From NCBI RefSeq assembly GCF_006345805.1, contig NC_043002.1, positions 98,208,001-98,272,000 of the forward strand: a stretch of 64,000 nucleotides of DNA. The letters run 5' to 3'. The notes below the pieces were generated by a model that was not told the origin of the DNA, did no database searches, and was given only the letters and a program-made list of their open reading frames with translations. The translations under genes and the position numbers were made by a program. This document shows, in pieces, positions 1 to 14,110 of this stretch. Origin of the DNA: Octopus sinensis. Taxonomy: Eukaryota. The stretch's first letter is position 1, and each line of letters begins with the position of its first letter.

Positions 1-20
1 CACACGCACATACACACACA

Positions 21-55
<35 letters not shown>

Positions 56-97
56 CACACACACACACACACGCGCGCACACACACAAACAATCATG

Positions 98-131
<34 letters not shown>

Positions 132-196
132 CACACACACACACACACGCACACACACAAACAAACATGCACACACACACACACACACACACACAC

Positions 197-269
<73 letters not shown>

Positions 270-390
270 AACAACCAATCAAACATGCACACACGCTACG
301 CAAAGGTGATTTATTTTCTAATGAGCTGTTAAGTTTCAGTTCGAAATTTTAACACAAATTCAACGGAGCAATCACTAAGTCTATACGTGC

Positions 391-433
<43 letters not shown>

Positions 434-496
434 CATGTGTGTGTTTGTGCGCGCGTACTCGCGCGTGCGTGCGAGTGTGTGTATGTGTGTGTGTGT
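1..496. repeat. (CA)n/(GT)n microsatellites
   Basis: Degenerate CA tract 1-270; CA then GT tract ~396-496. Confidence 0.95.
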
Positions 497-2572
497 TTTT
501 TGGGCAAGGCTCTAAGTATCCGAATGAATTACCATATCACACACACTCTTGCGAAAGTAATACTTATCATATCAACTTTCATTCTTTCGTATCATAAAGA
601 GTTTGCTTTGTTTGTAAAGAATTTCTTAATGAAAATGATCGTTTAGGAGTAAATTTGTTTGCAGCTCAATGATACTGTGACTATAACCGTTTTGGCCTTT
701 TTTTTTTTTATTGTAGTTGTTGTTGATGTTCGGGTTGTTTATGTTGTCATTGCTGTACTTGTTTTTGTCATTGTTTGTTGTTTTGCTCAAGCTCAGCTTG
801 TAATTAAGCTGATAGTTAAGCAAAGACATTCTATGAATATATAATCTGATGTGCATTTTCTTCTTTCTTTAAGAGGGTAGGATATGATATTGCTACTATT
901 TCTAGGATGTCAATTGCCCACGTGTAGCCCATTCGTCACCTCCGTCGCTACGGTTATAAACATATTAAAGTACAAGTGACCTATCACTTGAAGTCAATAT
1001 TTTCTAAGTCGTTTTCTATTCTAACTACCTCGATGTTCTATAGTAAATTAATTTTCTGGAAATGGTTTCAACGTTGTTCTACTGTTTGTTTTTCCCTATT
1101 TCTCAAAGCGCTAAAGAAATTATTATCTCCCTTGTAAAATCTGCCCTTACTAAGAAAACCAGATGGACATAAAGAACGATTCTTATAAAGTAGGACCTTA
1201 GGTGTTTGTACACCACCAGTGACGGTAAAAAGCCCCTGGTAAGTAACCTTCAACTCATAAGCCATCAACGGTTAAAAAACAATGAGTTTTTTAACATTCA
1301 TGCTATATTGCAGATCAAGTTGAACGTTTACTGTTTCACATTACATGCAAAGTTAAAACAAAACATTTTTTTTATTCATTATTAATACTAATGTATAACA
1401 AACTTACGGTATCATGTTTTTAAAAATTATTGAAGTATTAATGTGAATATTCTAGAGTCTTAAATTATATGTTTTTCTTTTTTTTATATCCGCGGCGTTC
1501 CCGACAGGCTGCGTAGCTCGCAGGGAGATGAAAGAGTTTCCAGGTCGAACTATTATTTTTATTTCTTCACATTGGGAGGTCACAGTTCCGGTACTTTGGA
1601 CATGTAATTTGAATGTTGTTGGAAAGGATCGCAAGATAAATTCTTCAATCCGAGCCAATCGACAGATCTAGGGATAGACTAAGAATGAGATGGTTACGTA
1701 ATATCCAAAGTTTCATTTGACAGTCTGAAATGTAACGACGGTTGCTTCTGATAAGAACAGTTAGCGGAGAAGATGGATAGATGGTTGCATGGATGGATAT
1801 CTGCGGCGTATCCAGATACTCCTTGCAAGTCGCCATACAAGAACCATTGTTCAACAAGGATATACTGGCTAACTGAGGATCGATTGAACGAGCTCATATA
1901 TAGGGGTCCGTGCCAATCCACTAGGGAATTGACCCAGCAGAAGTTAAGCTCTCGTGATATCGTCACACATCACCTTCACTCAATAAGTAAGCTCCAAATG
2001 TTCGAAATTGTGACACAATATGTAACAATACTAGAAGCGATATTATCAACTTCCCCCTTATCCAAATTGGGAGGCCTTGTGTCTAAATTTTTTTAAAAAT
2101 TAGTGCTGTTGCTTAACTAAATGCGAGACTTTTGAATTTATTGAGCCTTCATAATTACCAATAACACTTGATAATATTTCGCTGGCCCTTCTTATAGCTG
2201 AATTAGCCACCGAGCTTTAATCTCTGGAGAAAACAAAAACGTTTCATGTCGGGGATTTCAACCATCTCTCCCAATCACAATCAAATTATTCTGTTTTAGA
2301 AACAACATTTTATTTATGAATTAACTTTTAAGATTTTAACATACACAAAGAAAATGGCAGAAGAGTAGTACAAGCTGTGGAGTTTCACGAGTAAATGACT
2401 TTCAGTGTTTGATTCTCTTGAGTTATTTTGTGAATTCAAATCCCTTAGGGGCTATCTTTGCCTTTTATTTTAACGAGTTCATTAAATTAAACATCCCTTC
2501 CCAAATAAGTGGCTATGTATCTATACTATATTATTATTATTATTATATTATTATTATTATTATTATTAAGAA

Positions 2573-2931
2573 GGCGGCGAGCTGGCAGAAACGTTAGCGC
2601 GCCGGGCGAAATGCTTAGCGGTATTTAGTCTGCCGTTACGTTCTCAGTTCAAATTCCGCCGAGGTCGACTTTGCCTTTCATCCTTTTGGGGTCGATTAAA
2701 TAAGTACCAGTTACGCACTGGCGTCGATATAATCGACTTAATCCGTTTGTCTGTCCTTGTTTGTCTTCTCTGTGTTTAGCCCCTTGTGGGTAGTAAAGAA
2801 ATAGGTATTTCGTCTGCCGCTACGTACTGAGTTCAAATTCCGCCGAGATCGACTTTGCCTTTCATCCTTTCAATGTGATCGATTGCCCCCCTCCCTACAA
2901 AAATCCAGGCCTTGTGCCTATAGTAGAAAGG

Positions 2932-2932
<1 letters not shown>
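2573..2932 (+). mobile_element. SINE family B (tRNA-like head plus Deu/Nin-like core), with partial internal tandem duplication
   Basis: Head GGCGGCGAGCTGGCAGAAACG, B-box GTTCAAATTCC, core GCCTTTCATCCTTT..GGGGTCGAT..AAGTACCAG; unit restarts at GGTATTTCG ~2803; many copies in window. Confidence 0.85.
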
Positions 2933-2971
<39 letters not shown>

Positions 2972-3000
2972 TATTATTATTATCATTATTATCATTATTA

Positions 3001-3033
<33 letters not shown>

Positions 3034-3047
3034 CATTATTATTATTA
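2933..3047. repeat. (ATT)n microsatellite
   Basis: Direct observation. Confidence 0.95.
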
Positions 3048-4599
3048 AATTGTTTATTTAAGGTAGGGATCGGTGGAGATAGCCTACATATTAATGAGCT
3101 GGAAAATAGGCTTTTACGGTATTCATTCATTTCACTATTTCACTCAGTTCTTCATTTGTTGTTTTTTTTTTGTTTTTTGTTGTTGTTTTTTACGATTACA
3201 ATTCCAGCCATGCTAACATGCTGGAACTCTGCCTCATTTCTTATTTTAAAATTCTGCTGAGTCAGATTTTTCCTTTCATTCCTCTGGAATGGATAAAATA
3301 TGTGCAGGAAATTGAGGCCCTTCGCTCTTACAAAAATTAGTCATGTACCAAATAAAAATAAATAAATATATAATTCATACTCGTAAGAGTCAAATATGTA
3401 ATTTTATTGCCAGAAATTGTAGAGCGCGTGGAAATCATTGAGTATTTAGTCTTATCGATCTACAGTTCAAATCGATAACTCAACTTTACCCATCATCGTT
3501 CCGGGATTGGTAGTATAAATTACAAAGCCCGTAACAGGGCCGATTCAGTCGACTTCATTTAATCTCTTGATATGAAAACATGTTGAGTATGAGGTCGATC
3601 TGATTGTATATACTGCATCCTTTAAAGTTGAACCCTTGTATCTCTGTTACAAATAAATATCATGTGATAAAATATATTCCTAGTTAGTTCTTTAAGAAAG
3701 GCATCACTGAAATAGTGATAGTCTTGGCATCATTTTGTATTGGTTAGATCGAAACGGGTTCACTGCTTGGTTTGGATTTTGGCTGAGAAAAATTTTACAT
3801 TATTTAGCTTAATCTCAAAACTCAAAACCTAGTCAGATTTATGTTAAAAAGTCTGTTTTATAATGCTGAATGACTACATTCTTGAAATGACTTTAACGAC
3901 AGTAGAAGGTCTCTACTTACTGAGTTAAGTAAAAAAAAAAGTTTAAAAAAATGAACGCCACATCCTCAACTTTTATCTTTTTAATAGTGTATTATCACTA
4001 ACCTATCAGAGATGCAAAACACCAACAGCTATGGATGGTAGAATCCCTATCGTAGCAAAGCTTTTCAGCATCCGGGATCAAAGACAGTTTTGGCGCGCCT
4101 ACTTTAATCATTCTTGGTACCAACCCATCCGAGTCCAACCCTGGTTTTATAATACAAGCTTCCTGTTTTAAAGCGATCTAAATTAAAACCGTTCTTCGAA
4201 ATTTCATATTAATTTATATTCCAAACACCAGTTTGTCAATTTTCCAAAATTCTTCAATATCATCAAAATAAATTGAAACAAAAATAATAAATTTCCATAG
4301 AAATAGGGTTTTAAAAAAAGGGCGTGTGTAAATGGTCAGGAATGATAGTCCAGGAAAAATTATGCACCTTCTTACCCTCTGTGACAGAGCATCGGATTTC
4401 AAATCCGGTTGAGATTCTTCTAAATCCAATATTATAAAGTAGCAACAAAATCTAGAGGAAGGGTCAACATAATCCTCGATAGCACACCCCTAAATAGATG
4501 ACGTTTTACTTATTAGAAACTGTTATTTCTTTTTAATGATTAAGCCAGAGGAAGAAGGGTAGCACCCATGGCTCTTTTAAAGGAGCAGTTGGAGTTATT

Positions 4600-4772
4600 G
4601 TGGTGGTGGTGGTGGTGGTGGTGGTGGAGTATCTTTAAACTGGAGACCTAGCCCTAATGTTTGTAACAGAGTAGGCTCTGCTAAAGGTACTCAAGAGCCA
4701 GGTGATGGTGATAGTGGAAGTGGGGATGGAAGTGGTGGTGGTGGTAGCAGCAGCAGCAGCAGCAGCAACAAC

Positions 4773-4837
<65 letters not shown>

Positions 4838-4966
4838 AGTTGGTGGTGGTTGATGTCAGAAGTGATGGACAAGTGATGCTGATGGTCTAAAGACTTAAAA
4901 AGGCTGAAAGCATATCAAAATCACATATGATATGAAAATAGAAAATTCCCTATCGAAGAAAGAGAA

Positions 4967-5027
<61 letters not shown>
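4600..5027. repeat. Compound (GGT)n/(AGC)n/(AGT)n and (AG)n microsatellites
   Basis: Direct observation. Confidence 0.95.
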
Positions 5028-5030
<3 letters not shown>

Positions 5031-5249
5031 ATAATATCTATTGGAATAAACTCAATTGATTTAACCCTTGCAAATATATAGCTTTCTGGCCACATCAAAT
5101 CAATTCTTTAGACGCCTTAAAGTGTGAACTGATACCCTGTGGTACCTAGTTTAGTATTTCACATGTGTTAGCTGTTCGATAAGCACCCTCGTTAGATCGT
5201 GAGAAAGAATGTGTTTAGTACCCTATTCCTCGCTGGTGACAGTTAAAGT

Positions 5250-6820
5250 GTCTACATTTGGCAGAACTGCATGCTACTTTAATTGCTGACAATTAAAACT
5301 TGTGCATCAATGGTCTCACTATTTCTCCTGTCCCACATGAAGAATGCTACAAATACCTCGACATTGATGAAAACCTATCATACGATGATACTGTGGATAA
5401 AGATAGTGTGACCTAAGAATATTATACCTATTTCTTTACTACCCACAAGGGGCTAAACACAGAAGAGACAAACAAGGACAGACAAACGGATTAAGTCGAT
5501 TATATCGACGCCAGTGCGCAACTGGTACTTATTTGATCGACCCCGAAAGGATGAAAGGCAAAGTCGACCTCGGCGCAATTTGAACTGAGAACGTAACGGC
5601 AGACGAAAATACCGCTAAGCATTTCGCCCGGCGTGCTAACGTTTCTGCCAGCTCGCCGCCTTAAAGAATATTATACTAGTCTTAGAAAAATGCACCAGGT
5701 CGGACTCTTCTTTTACAAGACAGTATCTTACAATGCATTTACATTACCAATGCTGATTCCAATATTTGGGATACTTGATTTATCTGAAGAGAAAACCCAC
5801 TTCATTGACATTAATACTCGCAAGATCCAGACATCAACTGTAAATCTCCACAGAAATAATGATATCGACAGGCTCTACCTAAGAAGTGACGAATAACGGA
5901 GGAACATGAGATCAATGCAGACGGCATTCGAATGTCATAGAGTTTCTCTCAGACAACACTTGCTAAACGGCAACATCAAAAATAAATATATTTACTTAGA
6001 GCTGAACAGTGAAGAGAATAACATCCTAAGTGTGGGCAGTACGCTTTTCAGAAAGTACTCCCTTCCTGATGACCTCCCATACAATTCCAAGACAGCCGGA
6101 CTAGCCCACCTCAAAGAAGACTTGGATGCAAAATGCACAGCATACCAAAAATACCTAACAAACAAAATAGACATCGAGGCCCTTGGAGCTCCAAGTTGCA
6201 ACCGAAAATGTAGATTATGCCCTATGTTTGTGGAAGACATCACAGGTGATTAGCAGTTGCTCAAGAGTGTCTTCAAAATATTACCTCCTTATGCAATACG
6301 ACGTTGTCGCAAAAACAATGTACAATTCCATTCGGATAAAAATACTGTCCAGGAATAAATATAGAGAATCTCACTGTTATTGAGTATATGCACATCAACA
6401 CAAAGAATACTGGTGGAACATTCCCATCAAAAGATATGTCTAGAATAAACATAACTGGCCAGCTATTGCTGTTTGGAACAAAAAAATAGTATGTACGTCA
6501 CAGAAGTTAGCCGTCCTACTGATGAAAATCAAAGGGAAAGAAGATAAATATGAACAACTGCTTCGAAACCTCCAGCTCCTATATCCAGATTATATATTCA
6601 CATTTATCCCAACAATAATTGGTGCATTTGGTTTTGTGAAGAATTTCTAAGTGGCACTCCGAATAAGCTAGGGTTTTCAGAAAAAGAAATCAATCAACCG
6701 TAAAAATATGTAAAAAATTTTCGTGGGTTTAAAATGTGAGATTGCTTTTGCTATCTACATTTCAAAGATGGATCTTTGTATCTTTGTTAGAAACCAGTTT
6801 CTTCAGAAGAATTTAAAAAT
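5250..6820 (+). mobile_element. Decayed R4/Dong-like non-LTR retrotransposon (RT C-terminus, zinc knuckle, restriction-like endonuclease), 5'-truncated and frameshifted
   Basis: Translated pieces: ECYKYL (~5340), IDINTRKI..NNDIDRLYL (cf. LDRKTRK..DVDRLYLPR), CRLC..VEDIT..VISSC, EDKYEQLLRNLQLLYPDYIFTFIPTIIGAFG; stops and frameshifts present. Confidence 0.8.
5428..5662 (-). mobile_element. SINE family B inserted in the R4/Dong-like element
   Basis: Reverse complement of the 2573 copy; 13-bp TSD AAGAATATTATAC at 5415-5427 and 5664-5676. Confidence 0.9.
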
Positions 6821-6865
6821 ACTTAAAAACAAAAGAGTATATATATATATATATATATAATATAT

Positions 6866-6901
<36 letters not shown>

Positions 6902-7772
6902 GGTGTGTTGTGTGTGTGTGTGTGTGTGTTGTGGTGTGTATACAGACATACATATTTAATCCATAGCAGTAAGTTCAACATAATATATTTTGTTTCTCCC
7001 TAGGGCTTCGCCAGGCTATGAATACAAAGAGAGTGGGGAAAGGGAGAGGCGAAGAAGGTGGAGGGAGAGAGGGGTGGGAGAAAGAGATCCGTAGAAAAAG
7101 AAGCAAGCGTTCTCGAGGAACAAAAAATAATTTTAAGAATGTGATTCCAGCATTAGTGAAAGCCATCTTAGAAGGTCTGCAGAACCAAAGAAATTTTACT
7201 GAACACCATATAAGACAGTTCTGCTACCTATCAACTCTGCAGCATATAGTATACAATTACATATTGCAGAACATTATGCAGAAATTGTTGCTTGTAGATA
7301 ATATATAATTGCACATAACTGCATAATCTGTTTATATATATATATATAATCAGATTATGTAATTGCAGTCTGCAAACGATAGCTGTTTAGCATCATATCG
7401 TCATATTACAGTTGCTGAACGAATAAGATGCATGCAGACAGTATCATGAACAGAGTAAAATATAATAGGGAGTATGAGTAGGAATAGCAGTAAGAATAGG
7501 CGTAGTTGACAAAAACTATTAATACTCGCCAGAATGACATAAGCGGTTCAATTGACAGTAACGCAACATGTGACAGTGGTATAAACCAGTGTTTTTCTGT
7601 TCTTCCTCCGGGAGAGAGGTGTTTGAAAGAGGACATAAGAACTGTTATGCTTAAATAAAAAGAGACAATTTTAAATATTTTAGAATTGCCCAATGATGAA
7701 AACAGAAAAACCATATAGATTCGTATTCCTAATTAATTTTTTTTTTTTCCGTATTTTTAAAAAGTGGGTGAA

Positions 7773-7980
7773 GGCAGTGAGCTGCCAGAATCGTGAGTAC
7801 GCCGGGCAAAATGCTTCGCGACATTTTGTCTGTCTTTACGGTTGAGTTCCAATTCTGCCGGGTCAGTTTTGCCTTCCGTCTTTTCGAAGTCGATAAAATT
7901 AGTACCACTTGAGCAATGGGATCGATGTAATCTTCGGCTCCGAAATAGCTGGCCGGGTGCCGAAATTTGAAACCATTATT
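7773..7980 (+). mobile_element. Older SINE family B copy
   Basis: Diverged head and core; degenerate flanking repeat TAAA(A/G)AGTGGGTG. Confidence 0.7.
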
Positions 7981-8184
7981 AAAGAGTGGGTGGCGATTTT
8001 TAATAATTTCCTTTTCGTTTTTTTGTTTCCAGCTTGTAAACCTTTGACATAGAGGATAAGGGTGCTGTTATTCATAATTGCGAAATAAAGAACCCCTATT
8101 TCGAATCTAGCGCAGCGTTATATAAATATCCTGGAATAAGATTTTTGGTGCTCGGAGATCAAATTTATCGAAAAGTAATAGAAA

Positions 8185-8310
8185 TGCAAAACACTTCATA
8201 TCACACGGTTCCAGTCCACTCAGCTGGTAAAAATTAGTACTCCTACGATGGACCAGTGTCCCGTCCAGGGAAGAATATACGCTGAAGAAACCGGGAAACT
8301 AGTCCCACGC
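8185..8310 (+). mobile_element. Decayed SINE family D (Meta-domain-like) fragment
   Basis: CCAGTCCACTCAGCTGG and CGATGGACCAGTGTCCCGTCCAGGG..GAAACCGGGAAAC, shared with 26335-26590. Confidence 0.6.
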
Positions 8311-8530
8311 TCTTTATGAAGTAATGTTGACTAACCTTCCAGGGCTATCGCAGGATTCGAACTCAGCATACAAAGTGTGGAACAAATACCCTTGAGCATC
8401 TGATCCAATAATCGTAGTTCCGCAATCCACTACCCTCGATTGGTACTTAGTTTTTATTTTTCTATTTTTTCCCAACTCCAAAAGGTTGAAAGGCAAAGTT
8501 AACCTCGGTTGAATTTTGAAATCAACTGGT

Positions 8531-8854
8531 CCTCCGTCGGTTACGACGGCAAGTGTTCCAGTCGATCCGATCAACGGAACATCGTGCTTATGAAATGAAC
8601 GTGCAGCGAACTCCACAGCGCACTGCAAAGACACGTGTACCCTTAACGTAGTTCTCAAGGATATTCAACGTGACACAGAATATGTCATGGCTGACCCTTT
8701 GAAATATAGGTATTATTCATTTTTGCGAGCTGAGTGGACTGGAGCAACGTAAAATAAAGTATTTTGCTCGAGACACAACACGCTACTGGGAATTGAACTC
8801 ACGACTGTATGACTCTGAACCGAATACCCTAACTACAAAGCTACGAGCCTTCAC
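8531..8854 (-). mobile_element. Older SINE family C' (D-type head/middle plus C-type tail), nested in an old family B copy
   Basis: Tail matches family C, middle matches family D; flanked by AATTT(T)GAAATCA duplication; B halves on both sides. Confidence 0.75.
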
Positions 8855-9123
8855 AATTTGAAATCAGGAAGCACAGTGTCGAAACAAGTACCCGCGGCAT
8901 TCTGCCAGATGCGCTAACAACTCTACCAATTCACTGCCTTTGGTCACAACACCTACTCACATTTTCTACTCGGACAATGTCAGAAGAATCCCACCCTAAA
9001 GGACAGATGGTCGTTACTTCCGGGTGAGTATGATTTGGTGTCGCATAACATGGTTTCAATAACAGTTTTAGGTGCCGATGTAGTCGCGAACAGACACAGA
9101 ATTCTAACGGACCTCCCAGTAAT

Positions 9124-9341
9124 ACTCTCTTTTACTCTTTACTCTTTTACTTGTTCAGTCATTTGACTGCGGCCATGCTGGAGCACCGCCTTTATTCGAG
9201 CAAATCGCCCCCGGGACTTATTCTTTGTAAGCCCAGTACTTATTCTATCGGTCTCTTTTGCCGAACCGCTAAGTGACGGAGACGTAAACACACCAGCATC
9301 GGTTGTCAAGCAATGCTAGAGGGACAAACACAGACACACAA

Positions 9342-9410
<69 letters not shown>

Positions 9411-9575
9411 TACGACAGGCTTCTTTCAGTTTCCGTCTACCAAATCCACTCACAAGGCTTTGGTCGGCCCGAGGCTATAGCAGAAGACAATTGCCCAAGA
9501 TGCCACGCAGTGGGACTTAACCCAGAACCATGTGGCTGGTTAGCAAGCTACTTACCACACAGCTACTCCTGCGCC
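9124..9575 (-). mobile_element. SINE family A, full length (internal TA/TG microsatellite, 3' stem-loop, (AGTAAAAG)n tail)
   Basis: Near-identical to copies at 11970, 27149, 28911, 42643, 53203, 59493, 63421. Confidence 0.9.
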
Positions 9576-10533
9576 TATGTTTACTTTAAGCACCTTTTTG
9601 GTCCTACGTCTTAGCGGTTTGGCAATTGGATATCGATACAAGAAAGCACGAGACTGAAACAAAAGCGGGAAGCAATGGTGGTGGTGGTGGTGGTGGTGGT
9701 GGTGGTGGTGGTGATGGGGGTCAATATGATCAAATAAAACCCTTGGAAGCGGTGACTCAATATAGCCACAGTCAAGTGAAAGAAACTAGTAAAAGAATAA
9801 AAAGAATGTGTGAGTTTGGTGTGTGCATATGTGTGTGTGTGTTTGCGCGCGTGCATGTGCCTGTGTGTATGCATGTATGCATGTATGTATGAGTATATAT
9901 GTATATGTGTGCGGAGAGAGAGAGAGAGAAAAGAAAGAAACCTTTTTTTTATTTCCTCCCCATATGAGGTAGTTTTTTTAGGTCATCACCACAAAACATT
10001 TACAAACGTCTTCTTTCGTTGTAAAATTCCTAATTCTCTTGTTACAAAAAAAAAAAAAAAGATGGTGGGGCAGGGGAAAAAAGTAATAAATTGGTTCTTT
10101 CTTTCCCGCCGTGTGATGGATGATTACAAAATAACTTTATTATGATCATCATAAACAACACGAGATCGACTACAACATTATTCCATTGTTCTTTCTTTTT
10201 GCTGTTTCTAATGATACACAATCAATGGCAGGTTACGTTGAAATTGTTTATAGTTTTGGTTGTGGAAATATATAAAGAAAGAAGTCATTGAATGAATGAG
10301 TGAGTGAATGAATGAATGAATGAATGAGTGTAACTGCTGTTGAAGTTGTACAGCCGAAGGTCAGCCCAGGCTGTATACGTATATAGACCTCTCATCAAAG
10401 ACATTCCAGAGGCAACAACCGTTTCAAATGTTGGCTCAAGGCCAGTAATTTTAGACGGTTATATGGACTCCAGTACTCGACTGGCACTTTGATTTTACAC
10501 GAAAGGGTGTAAGGCAAAGTTCACCTTGGTGGT

Positions 10534-10904
10534 TGGAAGCACTCCGTCGGTTACGACGTCGAGGGTTCCGGTTGATCCGAATCAACGGAACAGCCTGCTC
10601 GTGAAATTAACGTGTAAGTGGCTGAGCACTCCACAGACACGTGTACCCTTAACGTAGTTCTCGGGGATATTCAGCGTGACACAGAGAGTGACAAGGCCGG
10701 CCCTTTGAAATACAGGTACAACAGAAACAGGAAGTAAGAGTGAGAGAAAGTTGTGGTGAAAGAGTACAGCAGGGATCGCCACCATCCCCTGCCGGAGCCT
10801 CGTGGAGCTTTAGGTGTTTTCGCTCAATAAACACACACAACGCCCGGTCTGGGAATCGAGACCGCGAGTCCGCTGCCCTAACCACTGGGCCATTGCGCCT
10901 CCAC
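10534..10904 (-). mobile_element. SINE family C (tRNA-derived head), nested in a family B copy
   Basis: A-box TGGCCCAGTGG and B-box (GTCTCGATTCC here) on the minus strand; 11-bp TSD ACCTTGGTGGT at 10523-10533 and 10906-10916. Confidence 0.9.
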
Positions 10905-11461
10905 TACCTTGGTGGTACTTGAACTGAGAACGTAAAGAGCCGTAAGAAACACCGTTAAGTATTTTATCCGACGAGCTAACGATTCTGCCAGGTCACCGCC
11001 TAAATAATCCTTTCTATTATTGGTAGAAGGCCAAAAAGATTAAAGACGACCTCGGTGGAATTTGAACCCAGAATGTAAAGACTGACGAAATGCCGCTAAG
11101 CATTTTGCCCGGTGTGCTAACGGTTCTGCCAACTTGCTGTTTTAACGAACTACTATAATAATACTCTTGTGTTTTACTCCGCCACAACATATGAAAGAGA
11201 AAGGAAGGGATGATAGATGAATAAGGAAGGAAGGAAGGGGTGATGGCAAACTTGTAGTGGGATTATGGAAATTCTACAGTGAAAAAAAGTCAACCACCGT
11301 TTCAACTCTGTGTGAATATATGTGTGTGTATATAAAAGGAATACATGTGAATGTGTGTGTGTGTGTGTGTTGTGTGTGTGTGTGCAATGGAAGTAGGATG
11401 CTGAACATTCAACGCTTCAATGCTGAAAAGAAAACTCAAACAGCGTTTCAACTCTGTCTGA

Positions 11462-11503
<42 letters not shown>

Positions 11504-11969
11504 ACAAGGGAAGTATGTGACTGTTTTTATATGTGAACCAGCGTTCTTTCAGTAACAAACGATGATCGATGTCACATCTCAAAATACAACCACTAGATAA
11601 CATTGAGAAATGTATTAATTTGATTTACCATCCCTATTCTATTTTTTGTCCTTATTCATTTATAAAATACTACAAATACCCAACATTCTTGAAGGCACGG
11701 GGCCAGCCAAGACTTATAATTATTCTTTCAAATTTTGGCATTGCGCCAGTAGTTTGCAGGTGAGGGCGGGGCGGGGCGGGGTGGGGCGGAATTAGTCGGT
11801 TACATCGAACCCAGTGCTCAACTAATACTTTGTTTTATCGACCTCCGAAAGGATTAAAGGTGAAGTTGACTTTGGCAGTATTTGAACTCAGAACATAAAG
11901 AACCGGGGGAGGGGGGAATGCCGCCGCAAAGCATTTTGTCCGGTGGGCAAAAAAAAAAAAAGAAAGAAA

Positions 11970-12387
11970 GGCGCAGGAGTGGCTGTGTGGTAAGTAGCTT
12001 GCTAACCAACCACATGGTTCCGGGTTCAGTCCCACTGCGTGACATCTTGGGCAAGTGTCTTCTGCTATAGCCCCGGGCTGACCAATGCCTTGAGTGGATT
12101 TGGTAGAAGGAAACTGAAAGAAGCCTGTCGTATATATGTATATATATATAAGTGTGTGTGTATATGTTTGTGTGTCTGTGTTTCTCCCCCTAGCATTGCT
12201 TGACAACCGATGCTGGTGTGTTTACGTCCCCGTCACTTAGCGGTTCGGCAAAGAAGACCGATAGAATAAGTACTGGGCTTACAAAGAATAAGTGCCGGGG
12301 CCGATTTGCTCGACTAAAGGCGGTGCTCCAGCATGGCCGCAGTCAAATAACTGAAACAAGTAAAAGAGTAAAAGAGAGTAAAGAGTA
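11970..12387 (+). mobile_element. SINE family A, full length
   Basis: GGCGCAGGAGTGGCTGTGTGG head to GTAAAAGA tail. Confidence 0.9.
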
Positions 12388-13221
12388 ATCTCTTGCGCAG
12401 GATCCCACGAAATGTAAAGAAACCTGGAACCACGGAACTGCGAAGCGAGCGTCTTAACCACACAGCTATATTTGCGTCCATACACGTGTGAAAAGCATGA
12501 ACTTCGTAGGTTCTCATCTTCCATTTGATATTTTAGTCTGTGTGTCTATTTCAGTTACAACCATTATCACAATGCGCCACAATTTCATATTATTTTAACG
12601 GTTGTACTAATACCACTCCTCACTTAACTGGAATCAAGTTAAATAATTATGTCTGATAATACGAACGAGTTTATTCAATCTAGATAGGGGATGTCAGTTC
12701 TGCCTAAGTGCTGCCTTATCTTTTCTCATCTTCTCAGAATTTGTATTTACAATTCTTAGGTAATTCTAATACTAAGGATCTACAGCAAAAATTCTATTTA
12801 TATATCTTAAAAAGAGAGAGAGCAAAAAGCCCGCCAGTCTTGTAAACGTTTATTTGGTTTTTTCTTTATGTTTTGTTGTGTTATTTTTTTAATGAATCAT
12901 TAATAGTTAGTAAAAGTGAAATAAATATACGGCAAAAGAAACGAGAGATTATTTGCTCAGTAAATATTTTGTAGAGAGATACTTTAATGAATTTACCACA
13001 TTACGAAACAGTGTGATTATAAAAGAACACAGTTAATGTTACATAAATTAAAAGATTAGCAATTTTAAAGGTTAACATTAAATATGTAAAATGTCAGATT
13101 TTTATGAAATCTCGTTCTTAACTGAATAGAAAAATTCACTGCAATTAAAAGTGATGATGACCTTGGTGTAGGTTTAAGAGTATGGTTTCAGAAGAAAAAA
13201 AACAATTACGTTTCGCTTTAA

Positions 13222-13234
13222 TTTCTCTCTCTCC

Positions 13235-13298
<64 letters not shown>
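13222..13298. repeat. (CT)n microsatellite
   Basis: Direct observation. Confidence 0.95.
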
Positions 13299-13301
<3 letters not shown>

Positions 13302-14110
13302 ATGCGCCATACCTACAACCTACAAGCACTGGCGATTGTGTGGACCCCTAATGCTAAAAGCTGAAGATACATGACTTTTTTTCTTGGGAATATGCAGCTA
13401 TAGTTTTCCATTGCTTACTGTCGGCTTAACTTACAGTTTATTCAGATTGTCTCCTACTCTGTCACCCTTACTTCAGCGACACAAGGCCTTTTTAATCCTT
13501 AGACAGGGAAACTAGTTCACGTGCCATCGGAACTTGTACATAGGCCTGTGCGACAGATATTTAGAAGGCCAGTCCCCCTCTGAGTCCTATATGCCTTAGT
13601 CATATCGCCATTTTCTACTAATTGGTTCATAACTTGGCCCTTGACAGTTATGACCACTCCAGGTCGGCGTGGGTTTGTGTGTAGTGACGATGAAAGGGTA
13701 ACTCTATATTCCTCCATATCCCATGAACTCCCGAGTTATATTCTCAATACCAGATGCAGTTTTTTTAATATCTTGCCCAGGATAATGTATATTCCGTTTA
13801 GAATATAATACATGTTTAGTTTGATATACATGACTTACATTATTTTTACTTCAGTTACTTTAAAATATATTAGTTTACTATCGCTCTAAAAACTACTTTT
13901 AACTGAGTCATTTGGTGAATTTCTTGGTCTAAGGTGTATTCTTGAGGTACTTTAAGAAAATATTTATATACATAGTTGTGCATACGATTAAGGCTATATA
14001 TATTGACGTAGTAAGAGGTATTTATTTTGCGTACTGAGAGAATATATATAAAAGAAAATATAGGCTTGGACTCGGTATTCTTTTATTTCATATATTACAA
14101 GTTTCAGTAT

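Noticed and set aside
4105-4325. Possible old piggyBac-like MITE
   Set aside because: Termini are too degenerate to demonstrate a TIR or TTAA TSD
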